Source: Cenococcum geophilum (taxonomy: Eukaryota). Taken from it: a stretch of DNA of 64,000 bases. Of this stretch, positions 25,203-38,496 are shown piece by piece. The stretch covers positions 24,428,001 through 24,492,000 of the forward strand of contig CP158635.1 of the NCBI GenBank assembly GCA_050273025.1, given 5' to 3'. The position numbers and the translations under genes are program-made. The notes below the pieces were generated by a model that saw only the letters and a program-made list of their open reading frames with translations, was not told the DNA's origin and searched no databases. Positions within the stretch are counted from its first letter, which is position 1, and every line of letters begins with the position of its first letter.

Positions 25203-28200
25203 TGTTGGTCATATAGGGTGACTCACTAATAACGACTACTTAAGTAGGGTTACAGTGATATTAGTTAATAAAGCTTCTTGATTGGAATAAGGAAGGGCGA
25301 GGAGCTTAAGGCTCCTCGCCACGCTAGTGCCGCGGCAACACGTGATGGCAACTTACCATTACGTGACGGCAGTTTGCCGTACGTAACGGCAAATTACCTC
25401 ATTCCCAATACTGGCAATTCTTCTTTTATAGTTGCCCTCTATATATAAATACTGCTTAACTATTATAATAAATATAGATCCTTCTTACTTACTATTGCTA
25501 TTATAATATAAGTCTCGCTATCCTAAAATTTACCTCTTAGCACGTAGTGCTTTCTTACTAAGGAGTTATAGGTAAATATCGTGTTAGGGCCGTCAGGGCC
25601 GCTAAGGCGCTAGCTATAAGTAAGCTAATAATAATTTTTTATACCGGGTATAGAAAATCCTAATTAGCTAGTTAAAATTAGGGTCTATAAAGCGTTATAC
25701 TCTTACTCCCTTTTAACCTAACCTTTAACTTATACGCGTAAAGTATTTATATTAATAAACGTTTCTAAAGCCTTATTTAGGTTTACCTTTGTTATTATAT
25801 CTACTAGGTTATCTTAACCGTTAATCTATTAAATCTTAAAGAGTTCTTACCATTTATAGGATTAATAAAGTACTATAATATTAATTATAAGGCGCTTCTC
25901 CTTTATAGTACTAAGCTTAACTAAGTACTTATAGAGGGAGTATAAGTTGGTATATATAATTATAGGGATAATAGGAAGTTTAAGTTAATCTATAATTATC
26001 TTTAGGGTAGTTCTAATTACAATTGCCATATTAACTCCGCTAACTATTCTATATATCTCTAACGCTAGAACGCTTTAAATAACGCGCTTACTCTTAGTTA
26101 AGCTCTAATAGATAAGATTACCGTAGATTATAAAGTTATTCTCTCTAATAAATTTATTCGCGATAATAATCTTATATCCTAGCTAGGAGCTAAAATCTTT
26201 ATTATTTATAAATAATCTATTAATAAATATAAAGAGCTTAGCGGTAGGAAGATTAATAGGCATATAGAGTAGTCCCTAGTTAAGATAGTTTATTTACTAA
26301 GAGAGACGCTTATTTAAAGTAAGGACGTCATCCTTAATTAGTTCCTAGTATTAAGCGGCAATAAAAAGATTAAATAAAGCCTTAGGTTAACAGATAAAAG
26401 TAATATAAGCTCTATAAGCGCGTTACTCTATATATCCTTGTTTTAGAGAATTAACGTTAATAACATTAATCTTCTTACCTTAACCCTTCTAGCATAAAGC
26501 AATGGAATCCTTATTTAGGGAGAGGATACATCTATTAAAGAGTAATAGTGTTATTAAATTAAGCTTTTCCTTTAGCTTTACTATAAGATTTACCTTTACT
26601 AGCTTATCTTCTTTAAAAGCTAAAAATCGGTTATCTCCCAAGATAATTATATTATTAGTTTATATACCAACAATTCTAAATAGAGTTCCCGTAGTTATAA
26701 TAAGGAAGCATAAATCAAATATAGAAGTAGTTATTAAAAGCTTCTCTTTATAGTACTTGCTATAGGTAGCCTACTAGTAAGTTCCTACCTCTATAATTCT
26801 ATACAATGGCTTAAGCATAACTATAATTATATCTTCGGAGTATTAGTGGCGAATTTACTCTAAAAGGTATGCTAATATTAAGCGCTAAAGATATATCTCT
26901 AATTAGGTATAGGCCTAAGTAATATCTTATAGATAGACTGCTATTCTATTCTTTATTAGGGAGGGAGCTAGTATAATAATAACTCGCTAACTAGCTCATT
27001 AAATCGTAGGAGATTATATAAGAATTACCTCCTTACCATTATTATTATAGCCTTAGATAATAAGCCTTAATTTCTTAAATAGGGCGTTAATAGCTTTACC
27101 TTTAATCTCATTAACCATTCTTAACTTAAAGATGCGAACTTCATTAAACTTAGTAGGGTCATACTTCTCGAATTTAAAGACCCCTCTTATAATAAGACTA
27201 TTAATTTCCTACTTATTGGATGCTTAGAAAGGAACTCCTAGAGTTATAATATAACCTTTCTTTTAGAGCTGTTTTATAAGTTTAAAGTCAGCCTTCTCCT
27301 TAGCTATTATAAAGGCTATTAATAGCTTAACTCTATTCTTAATAGCGGCAACAAATTACTCTTTAAAATTAACAAAATATTAGCAATTTCATAATCCCTT
27401 TAGGCGACCTCTACCGCGTTATAGTTGCGGCATATCTACTACAATTATATTAGGATTATAGTCGCCTTCTAAAGCACATTAATTATAGCTCTCCTTTAGG
27501 GCATCTTCTATAGTATCCTATAAAGGCTTAGAACTATTATCTTTATAGTAAGGCTTAATAACAGTTAAACGGAATTAAGTAGGTCTATAAGGCATCTAAA
27601 TAGTGCAAGTTTAACTATTAATTATAATAAGTTAATATAGGCCTAACTATCCTCCCTTTTTATGCCATATATATACCTTAGACTAAAGTAGCAGATTAAG
27701 CATAGTTAAGGTATTTAGGCTATTTCTTATTCTTAGTATATCGTTAACCTAGCGTATAGCGTAGAGACGTTATACCTCCTTTATTACCTTATAAATAGCC
27801 TTAGCTTATTATATAACGGAGGGAGATAGTAGAGAATTATTAGTTATTTAAGGGTAGGCGCTAAAGACTAGTAATATAGGTATAAGTCTATTTAGGCCAG
27901 CAAAATTATTAATAGCTTTAACAGCTATTTATAAGGTAAGTTCTTTACTAGCATCCTCTAGTTCTAAAGAGATAATCTTATATACGCGGCATAATAGCGC
28001 GTAATATTATTTTACTTTTCTAATACTATTATATACCTTAATAGGGACTTCCTTAACCTTAATTGCCATTGCCTTTATCTATTATTAAAACTCTACGGAT
28101 AAGAAGTTCTTTCCTATATTATAGATAATTTAATTAGGGGGTCCTAGGTAGACATTAATCTAGCATAATTAAAGGGTATCCTATGCGTTCCTAGCTAATA

Positions 28201-31200
28201 TATCCTTTAAAAATTATACGGCTTAGAAGGAGGTTAAAAAGTTAATAACTTAGAGTACTAGCTTGCCGCTAAGATATATAACGTTAACAATAATACAGAA
28301 GTTAAAGTCGTAGTTATCTTTAAGGGTAAACTTAAATCGGCTAGGGGACTTCTGGTTTATTTAGTATTAATAGTAGTACTTTATAAAATACTTAATTACC
28401 TTAACCTTAACTTTATAGCCTACCTGCTAAAGAACCCTAAGTAATTAGTAAACGGATAGGTAGCCAAAATAATAGTATAGTTAACGTAACTCTAACTTAG
28501 TTAAATAGCTCTAAGCAACACTCTTTTCTAGTTAATAAAGAAGTAACTAGGGGTAACCCTACTTGCGTATAACAGGCACCTAATTATCTCCCTAAATAAG
28601 TACATTCTTAAGGTTATTAAGCTTAACGCCTAATTTATCTATATCTCTAATATAAAATAAAAATAGAGTGTTTATAGGAATGACGTAAAAGGTAATATAC
28701 CCTAAGGGGGTTTAGACCCTAATTATACCAATAAAAATTATAGTACCCTTACCAAAACAAATCATATATTAGCCTACCGTTAAATAGTTAATCTAAATAG
28801 AGCTATTAAGCTGCTAAAGGGCTTAAACTTAAGGTTCTCCTACTATAGATACTCCTACAGCTTTAGTATCTAGTATAATACTATAAAAGACATTCGCCAA
28901 GTATCTATCATTAAAGGAGAACGCGGAATTCTTCCTTAGCTTATTAAAGATATTTAACTTCATAGTAAAATAGAGCGTAGATTAGTTATTAAGAATAGTA
29001 ACGGTTTATATACTATCTACCTTACTATACTTAATAAAGTATTAGTTGGGTAAGTACTCCTCAATTTCTATATCTATAAGGAGCTATTTAGCCTTATTAA
29101 CCTTACCCTTAAGATCTTTTACGCCTTTATATTAAACTAGGAAGCTTTAGAAGTAAGCCATAATAGCTTTACAATTTTTAACGTTTCTTATACTCTAGTA
29201 AAACTTATTATATACCTCCTTTCACTTATTAAGAGAATACCTAATTAACTAGTAATTTAGTTTCTTATAAACGTAGCACTTCTTCTAGTAATTACTTTAA
29301 AATAAACCTCTATAAGGACCTCCACCTTTACCTTATAATCGTTAATTATACCCTTTACTATATTACCTACCCCAGCCACTATATATTTAATTAGTCTAGT
29401 TATAATTATATTAGTTAGGCGGGTCAATTAAAGTAGGTTAGAGTTAGGCGTTAAATTACTATACTTCTTAAAAGCGTAGAGTAGTACTAATAGAAGATCT
29501 TAATTAAGTATATACTCCTTTATAAGTATTTACAGGATTAAAGAAAGCAAGGTTATATTCTTTAACACCTTAGCATACGCTAATAACTTAATTACGTAGG
29601 CTAAAGTCCTCTTAATATAATTTGGATAAACTATACTAAATTATTTAAAGTTAATTAAAGAGCTTTTAAAGATAATTAAGCCGAGGGACACCTAGGTTTA
29701 TAGCAATAATCCTTAAAAAGGTAGTCTCTCTCTATTCTAATATATACTGCTACTTATTCTCTTCTATTTCAAAATAGTATCTTAACTTATATATTATACG
29801 GTTAAAATTATATCCTTTTCCTACTAAATAATTATAATAGAAGGTACTAGCTTGGCCCTTAAGCATAACGGAATAGGCGTTATAGTATTAATTAGACTCT
29901 ATTCCCACCTTCTAGTAACAGTTATAGAAGATATATAGTTTCAAATTAAGAACATTATATACTTTCCTGCTAAACTTCTTCTCCTAATCCAAGTAGAGCT
30001 TCATAAGCTCTATAAGCAATTTTAAACTACCTCCGATTTAAAATTAAGATAGAGGAGGTAGGAGTTGCATTATAGGCTATAGTAAAGACGTAGGTCTAGT
30101 TGGTAGAGTCCGAAAGTTATTAGATCGCGAAGCAATAGGATCCTATACTTGCTTATATTAAGAGGCAGTAGTTAAAGTTATAGGTTAAATTAATAGATTC
30201 TAGGGAACTAAAGATAGACGTAGAGGCGATAGATATAGAACGGAAAAACTTGTGCTTAGAGTAATAAAATTAGAACGCGTCTCTTATAGTATATTACTTA
30301 GATTCTATTATAAGTTAAGCTTCCTTATAGTGCGTAGTTGGTACTTAATCTCTTATAGAGTCTATTTATGCTCTTTTTTTACGTTAATAACCTACTCCTA
30401 AATATTATCTCTAATAGTACCCCTATCCTTAGGGACAAATACTCCATTCTCCTAAAGGAAGTTACGGAAGTCCCATATAATATCCTTATTCATAGGGGCC
30501 TATATTTCCTTTATCCATCTAACAAAGTCCTCCTTTATACATTCCTATAGCGCGGTATTATTGTATTTACTATCCTTATAATATACTATACGGTATAATA
30601 AAAATCTATTTAAGTCTTGTTTATTAGCGTTTATAAGGTTAATTATAACTTTATTCTATATCTTTAGGTTAATATCTTCCTTGTACTTCTTTAGGTAGGT
30701 TAACGCTATAGTAGGTATAAAATTGACGGGGTATCATATATTGAAGGTAGGTAGGATTTTCGGTTTTATAGGATCTCGTAGGTTTGCTATTAAGAGGTAG
30801 GCAATTTAAGATGTTATTTAACGCGTTTTGGACGTCGTTTAACGTATTTCGGATATTAACTTAGGACCGTAGGTTTAGTAACACTTCTAACCTAAAGTAC
30901 TTAACCAAATCTTCATAAACGTGGTTGTTCTATATAATAAACGCAACTTAGTATCTCCTAGTACTTAGTAACACTTCTATTACTAGTTTTCCGCAAGTCT
31001 AAGGTAGTATAGTATCGCTAGGATCCATTCCATATAAGCGCATATAGCACCCCTATACAAGACTGTCTCTTCTATTTAAAAACCTAGCTGCTTTATAGTT
31101 AACTGTATATTTAACCACTAATTAGTGTTAGTTATATAGGGTAACTCACCAATAACAACTACTTAAGTAGGGTTATAGTAATATTGGTTAATAAAGCTTC

Positions 31201-31333
31201 TTAATTGGAATAAGGAAGGGCGAGGAGCTTAAGGCTCCTCGCCACGCTAGTGCCGCGGCGACACGTGATGGCAACTTGCCATCACGTGACGGCAGTTTGC
31301 CGTACGTGATGGCAAATTGCCTCATTCCTAACA
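25203..31333 (-). mobile_element. Ty1/Copia LTR retrotransposon F, full length, inserted in the RT of A
   Basis: 208-bp LTRs at 25203-25410 and 31126-31333 with TSD GTAAT. Domain order on the minus strand is gag-PR-INT-RT-RH. Confidence 0.93.
25697..30680 (-). pseudogene. RIP-degraded Copia gag-pol polyprotein
   Basis: Protease IILDT.A.GVS (~28880), integrase H..FG.PSV and FKFTLKD (~28480-28320), RT DITQAY (~26925) and KPLY.I.E.G (~26815), RNase H TD/NLY.LY (~25950). Confidence 0.87.
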
Positions 31334-32079
31334 GTAATTAAAAAATACAAGTTCTTTATAAGGAAGATTAATTTTATTAGGTTTATTATTAAACTAAGTT
31401 ATATTAGTATAGACCTAAAGAAAATTAAAGCTATAGTGAGTTAGTAAGAACTAGAGAACATAACATAGTTAAGGTTATTCTTAGGGCTTTACAACTACTA
31501 TAGAAGGTTTATAGTACAATAGTTAAAGAATATTAAACTATTTATAAGACTTATAAAGAAAGAGAAACTGTAGATATAGGGGGAAAAGTAAAAAAAGGTA
31601 TTTAAAGAACTTAAGGAGTTGTTTACCTAGGAACTAATCCTTAAGATCTACTAACTAGGGTTAGGAACTGTTATAGAAATAAATATATTAGACTTTATAC
31701 TAAGAGTATACCTACTATAAAAGTATAGCAATGCATAGCATCTAGTAGTATACTATAGTTGGAAAATAACACTATTAGAACTAAACTATAACATATATAA
31801 CAAGGAGTTATTAGGTATAGTTATAGCACTTAAGGAATAAAAAGCATTCTTATAAGGTATAGAAAAACTATTTATAGTTAAATGGATTATAAGAACCTAA
31901 CGGGGTTTCTAATAATAAAAGAACTTAACCAAAGATAGGTTAAATAGGCAGAAATGCTTATAGAATACTATTTTAGGATTTAGTATATTATAATAATAAT
32001 TTATTGCTTAATGTCCAATTTAGATCCCTATTGGACCCACGCGAACTACTCCTTATATACATATAGGTAGAAAACTCTA

Positions 32080-35000
32080 TTTAAGAAAACCCCGTAATTT
32101 ATCTCCCTGCCTTTTTAGGACTCGCCTATAAGGCGCCTACAAGGCGCCTATAAGTTACCTATAGTGCTTTTACTACCTTACTTTTTAACCTCCTTAAGAA
32201 ATACTGCTGCCGTAATAAGCCTATAGACGCGCTAGTATTATAAACTTTACTCTACTACTATAGAGTTATTAGGGGGCGCCCGTTGCTCGCCCCATACCCT
32301 TTATTACTATTTCCCTTACAACCCAAAACTAGTTTAGTATATTTTAGCTAATAAGCCACTAGGTAACCGCCTTAAGGCCTTTTTGTATTAAGAGCAGTAT
32401 ATTATAGTTCTCTATGCTAGCTACTAAAAGTATTACTTCTTAGTTAGTATATAAGGGGCATAACAGTATTATATACTTTGGTGTCTGTCTTAGCCAGCTA
32501 TATTTATATCTTAAGCTACCTACTAGGACATCTACCCAGTAGAGCCAGTTTTTTAGTCCTATTATTTCTATTCTTAAGAGTATCGCCATTATATTTTTTA
32601 CCTTTATTAGGCCTTCTCAGAGCCCTAAAGTATTTACCCCCTATAGCGTTAACTATGCTACGGCTTAGGTTCCTCTTACCTTAGTTAGCCTTTATACCTT
32701 TAACTCCTATACACCTCTCCAGCGTTAGTCTAACCAGTATTATATTACGGTAGATAGTTTCCTAGAGTTCTTTTATACTTTACTTTAGCTCCTTTCTCTT
32801 TCTTACTGTTATCTTTACTAGCCTCTTACGCGTCTCCCTTCCTCCTCTATATAGGCCTAGGCCCTAAAGTAGCACTATTCTTCTTCTGCTTTCTTTATCT
32901 ATTCCTCTAATATATCTTCCCTACTTTAGGGTTATTAGTTTATTCTCCTATAGAGCGCCCTAGGGTCCCTCTATAGTTTATTTAGGCGTATCTTAATATA
33001 CTTTATAACATTAGAGTTGCGTTTATTTTAGGCCCTTTATATTACAGCGGCTTTAATATATAGTTATAGGGGGGGAATATTGGCTTCCTTCTTAAGTAGT
33101 GCTGTAGCCGTTTGCTTATATCCGCCTATTATACTCTAGAGGCAGGCTATTTAGACCTTTTAGAGTGGTTTAAGGAGCAACTTAGGGGGGCCTTTCTTAG
33201 ATTCTCTAATGGCCTAAATACTAGACCTATACGTTATGGTTAGCCGGATAACTGCTATATATAGTAGGCGTAACCTCTAGAAGCATGGGCCCTATATAAA
33301 ATTAACAATCCTAGATAATACGATATACTATACTTAGCCCTTATGGGCCGCTTATGCTATATATATGCTCCACCAGAGCTTGCTATCTACCTATACTCCT
33401 AATACCCTTAGGCCCTAAACTAGTTATCCCCTAAAGCCTTAAATGTAGATTATATACTAAAGATCTGTAGATTAGTTGCGTTTTCTTATAAAATAAATTA
33501 GCTGGTATTTCTTTAGTAAAAATTAAACTCTATATTATCTTGCCTATTCTATATAGGTATTATAAGCTTTCTCTAGCATTCTGTAATTCTTTGCGGCTAA
33601 TAGCCTATATATAATTAGGTTTATATTATTAACAAAGCCTATCCCCTAAGTCGCCCCTTCCTTAAAGAAGTTAAGTAGGTTACTTATAAAGAAAGGGAAG
33701 AATATAGGCGAGAGGGGTAATCCTTATAGTATTCCTGTTATAACTATAATAGGGGGGCTCTAGTATCCGCTAAAGATTAGTAATATTTCTTTCTAACCTA
33801 TAAACCCTTAAATAAATTATATAATCCATTTTAGGAAGCCTTTTACCCTAAGAATATATAGGAGACGCTTATAGGGTACGTTATTATAGGCGCCACTAAT
33901 ATTTAGGCTAAGCATTAATACTATAAAGTCCCTTCGCATCGCCTATGTAGATTTAATAGTGGTAGTAAGTAGCGTAAGTACTAATAGTGTTAAGCGGTTC
34001 TTTCTTACCCCTATTTAGTTCTATAGTAGTAGGGCGTATTCCTTAGCCGTGTCTACTATATGGTCCGCTATTACCTTTTCTAAGATCTTACTAAGGGTGT
34101 TTTTTAAGGCAATAGGGCGGTAGCTTCCTAAGATTAAGTAATCTACTTTACCTTCTTTTTATAAGATAACCATTGTTATAAATCTTCTAAGTTATAAATA
34201 GTAGCCTATAGCAAAGCATGCTTTAGCTATATCTATAAGCTAGGGTGCTATAAGTGGTCTATAGGTCTTTAAGGCCTTATTTAGAATCCTATCTAGACCT
34301 AGTACTATATTATTTAAAAGGCGGCTAATAGTTCTAGCCATTTTCTCTATTATTATGTCGCTGTTAACCCGCAGGCGAGTTACTAGTGCTTTACCTATAA
34401 TGCTACTAAGGTCTACTAGAGCCGGTTAGGGGAAGAACCTTTCTATAAGGATCTTTACCTTCTTATTATTATTATTAATAGCCTATAATTCCCCTGCTTT
34501 TTATAGGGGTAGTAGGTATAAGTCTTCTACTAATTACCCTACCTTTTTCTTTACCTATTTTACTATAGCCTACAGGCCCTTATTATAGGGGAGGCTTAGG
34601 TTAAAAATATACTTATTTATAAATTATCTTCAGTTATTCCTTACTTCTTTTTTTAGGGTATTCTTTAACTAGTTTCTTATATCTTTATATTATCTCTTAT
34701 CTTTAGGGTTATAGCTACTTAAGTATTTCCTTCTTACTTATTATTAGCTAGCTATAAGAACCGCGTATTATGCGGACTATGCGTGTTATATATAGGCGCC
34801 CGGTTTTAAGACCGGGCAGTGCTCTTCTAGCCTATTTTTAATTACTACCTAAATCCTTTCTAGTCTTCGGTTAATTTCCTTAGGGGTGGCTAATAAGCCT
34901 CGCTTATTTAATATTAGGTGGATTTCTTCTAGGTCTTAAAGTTGTTATTTAACTATATTAAGGAAACTATCTGCCTTAAGCATCCATATTGCATATCTTT

Positions 35001-35700
35001 TACTATTTAGTTGCGCCTTAATGTCTAAATCTAGCTGTATTTAGATAGGGATATAGTCTAAGGTAAGTGCCTATTCTTCTTTAGGGTTGCACCTTTTAAG
35101 TCTTTAGTATAGGCCTTCGTCTATAAATATAAGGTTAATTATACTTCTAGCGGATTCTTATTATCATATAATTGCTCTAGGGGGGGTGGCTAGCTTAAGG
35201 CCCCAGGTATCTATAGCTTTTAGTAGGCACTCTACCTATCGTTTAGCAGCGACGTAGATACCCCCCTACTACGGGTAGTGGAGGTTTATGTCTCCTAATA
35301 GGATAGACTCTATACCTTTGGTTTTAAGTAAGCTTATTACTAATATAATATTCTCTATTTATGGGACCCCTTTAACCCTAGGGTTATATATATTAATAAT
35401 TTATACCGGTCCTCTATATATCTAGATTATTATAACTATAATATCTAGATTAACTGCCTGCTATAACTATAAGGATAGGCTAATAGTCTTGCTAATTATA
35501 AAGTATATGCGTATAGCTACTTTTAGTTTATATAGGAGCTAGAATCCTTAGGGGCAGTATATTAATTATATATAGGTATTATAGTACGGCTCTTATATAG
35601 TAAGGATATAGTATTTCTCTAGGTCTAGACTATCTAGTAAGGGCCTTACAAGACGGTGGTTTATATTACCATAGTTATACTATATAATGGATAGGTAGCG
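32080..35700 (-). pseudogene. LINE ORF2 (AP endonuclease plus reverse transcriptase), RIP-degraded
   Basis: Endonuclease start QYN.G..NHRLVRPLLDSL (~35680), IINIYNP, LLGD.NLH.P; RT YRPIAL.NTLSKILEK (~34120), GI.QG.PLSPIFF (~33735) and GFV(DD).N (~33640). Confidence 0.87.
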
Positions 35701-35729
35701 GACCCCCAGCGAGGGTCCTTCGCCTCTTT

Positions 35730-38496
35730 ATTATTCCTTACTTCTTCTATTTCCACTTTCTCTAGGATATTTAAAACTTCTGTCTCTTATATCTATACCC
35801 TAGTTACTACTTATTTTATATAGAGCTTTCTATTCCTATATCTTATATTCCTACTAGCGCTTCTATATCTAAATCTATTATTATCTCCGGTTCTTTCCCT
35901 ATTCTTACTAGTTAGCAATATACCCTTTAAAAGTTGGCTATAAATGTTATATTTACCGCGTTAAGTCTAATTCTTAATTATCCCGGTCTTAAGCTTGCTA
36001 TAGCTGTCTATAGGGGTCTTCCTACAGGGCGTCCTCTCCCTTATATCCCCTATAACCCTTATATCCCTATATAATCTAGTAATATTACACAGCGTCACTT
36101 CTAGCCCGTTAAGGCTTGGGATATCTAGCCTAGTCCCTTAGTGTTAAAGGTAGGAAACGCTAGAAAGGCACCTACGCCCCCCTAGCTTATTGCCTATTAT
36201 TTCTATTTATATAACCTAGCGTATAGTTATTCCCGTAGCTGTTAAGCCCTTACCTTCTATCTCCTATATTTAATGCAGTCTTCTCTCTCCTATACCTTAT
36301 ATATACTTTAGTAGCAGTTTACACATTTTATTTAGTCTTAATTTAAGCAGTATCTTATATCGTAGGGGCCTATATAGTGGCCGCAGCATACCTATACTAC
36401 GTATGTAGATTAGGTATGCCCCCATTATATACAGCAATAGCATTATTTTAGGCGGAGTCTATAGTTATAGAGCCTTGCATTATATATAAAGCCATTTATA
36501 ATAATACCTTTTTAGGTAAGGAGTTTTTACATTCCTAGTGTATATATGTTAACGATAAAAAAGCTATATATTTAATCGGCGTTTTCCTAGCAAGTCTCTA
36601 GTAACCCTTATATTCTTTTATTATTTTTATTATATACTTAATTTACATTTTCCTATTAAAGCCATTAGATTTAGGTAATCTTAAGTCCTAGTATAAGGCG
36701 TTCTATTTATTTTACTATCTTATATAAAAATGTCTATTCAAAGCGAAGTCACGCCTTCCCTCCGAATAGCAACATCAATATCTATTACAATTAGCCTTTT
36801 GGCTTTTTGCTTTGAAATAAGGCTTATTTAATAGAGATTTTGTTATTTATTCGTCTTATAGCCTTAATAATACTATGCCGTACGGCGTTGTGTTATTGTC
36901 GCGATAAAACGTCTTACCCCTAGAGGATCGCGAAGTTTCGCGTCACGTCTTTCCACAGCAGCTGTTAATAAGTAGTCTTTCCTAACAATTTTTCCCACAG
37001 GGTTTTTTAATAGGTTTTGAATTGACGCTTTCCAGCTTCCTCCTTACTACGTTATTGTCGTCGTCGTTATTAATAGCCTTCGATATTACCTACCCGAACG
37101 GTTTTTAATAATACTTTATGGTAAAGAGACGACATATATTCCTACTCCTATATTAGTTATTAGGCGCAGGCCTTGTACCGCTAGGTACGCGTTATTAGGG
37201 CGTAATTGTTAATAGCCTTTAATATTACCTAGGTTCTAGGTTACCTAAATAGTCTTTTAATAATACCCTATGGGCGCACCCTACAGGCGTAAAAAAAGAT
37301 GAGATATATTTCTACTTCTATATTGGTTGTGGCGCAGGCCTTATACCGCTAGCTTCTAACGGTACGCGTTGTTTAGGGCAATAAGTGTATAATTATCTAC
37401 CACTGCTTAAGACAGTAGGGAACCTACTATACGATACAGTAGGCTAAGATAATTACCCTCTCCTTGGGCCTACACCCCTAATTAATATATTATTTAGAAT
37501 ATATCTCTACCTCTATAAGCAAGTAAATAGATAAAAATGTCTATTTAAAGCGAAGTCACGCCTTCCCTCCGAATAGTAATATTAATATCTATTATAATTA
37601 GCCTTTTGGCTTTTCGCTTTCCCACCCTCCACCCTATAGATAGATTTTGCAGCCTCTTAGGCTTGCGGTAGGCCCGAGGGGGGCAATAAGTGTGTAATTA
37701 TCTACCACTGCTTAAGACAGTAGGGAACCTACTATACAATACAGCAGGCTGAGATAATTACCCTCTCCTCGGGCCTACACCCCCAATTAATACATTATTT
37801 AGAATATATCTCTACCTCTGCGAGCAAGTGAATAGATATAATTACTATATTGTCCACCTAGCGTCCCTTTTTTACCCTAAGGCTTAGGGGAACCGCTAGG
37901 ACTTTAACTAGGTAATCTTTACGGAGCACTTTTATGCTAATACGTTCTCCTAGCCTATCCCCTACCCTAATAGCTCGTTCCTTTACCTATTAGTCCCTTA
38001 AGATAACTCTAATATCTTCGCTCCTAAGGTATTAGACTATAACAGCGTTATAGACCTCTTTATAAATCTTTATAAGGACTTCTATTTCTAATTATCCCCT
38101 AAGCCCCTCTACTTTTTCTATATTTAGTTATATTATAATTATATACCCAGATATTGTCTTTAGGGGGGTAGGTTCCCTATACTATAAACGCGCAGCTATA
38201 GCGGCCTAGGTGCGGTTCGCTGGTAAGAAGGGTTTTTATTTATTTTTAATTTTGCTTAGCCGTTAGAGGATTTAATTAAGGGTTTACTAGAGGGGCGCCT
38301 AAGGTTTACTAGACTAGCGGAGCCATTCTGCTAGCTGTATTAGTTCGTTATAGCTAACGGTTACTCCCCCACAACTACGGATACTAGACGCGTCTAATAG
38401 GCTTTATATTTTATCAAATGCCTTCTTAATAGAGGTCTTTCCGCTTTATAGTATAGTATTCGCCTATTCTTATTATGGAGGGCTATTGCTAGGCAT
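35730..38496 (-). pseudogene. LINE ORF1 (gag-like, zinc knuckles), interrupted by the 36727-37836 insert
   Basis: Tandem CCHC-type remnants at ~36450-36290 (KQCYCC..WGH...TC, CGH..GP.D, CVNC). Confidence 0.7.
36727..37836 (-). mobile_element. Two head-to-tail units of a putative non-autonomous Helitron2-like element (about 36727-37532 and 37533-37836)
   Basis: On the minus strand both units start TCTATTY and end with a hairpin plus GAATAGACATTTT. They share terminal blocks of about 155 bp and about 87 bp. There is no clear TSD. Confidence 0.5.

Noticed and set aside
25622..25669. Hammerhead ribozyme, SECIS or C/D-box reading of the shared hairpin (deRIP CTGATGA...GAAA / CTGA)
   Set aside because: This depends on assumed deRIP. 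The G copy reads ATGGC rather than ATGAC, the GAAA lies inside the stem, and there is no apical AA. The specific assignment is unsupported.
26502..32684. Plus-strand ORFs at 26502, 30368 and 32478
   Set aside because: They are antisense shadows of RIP-degraded Copia and LINE coding sequence.
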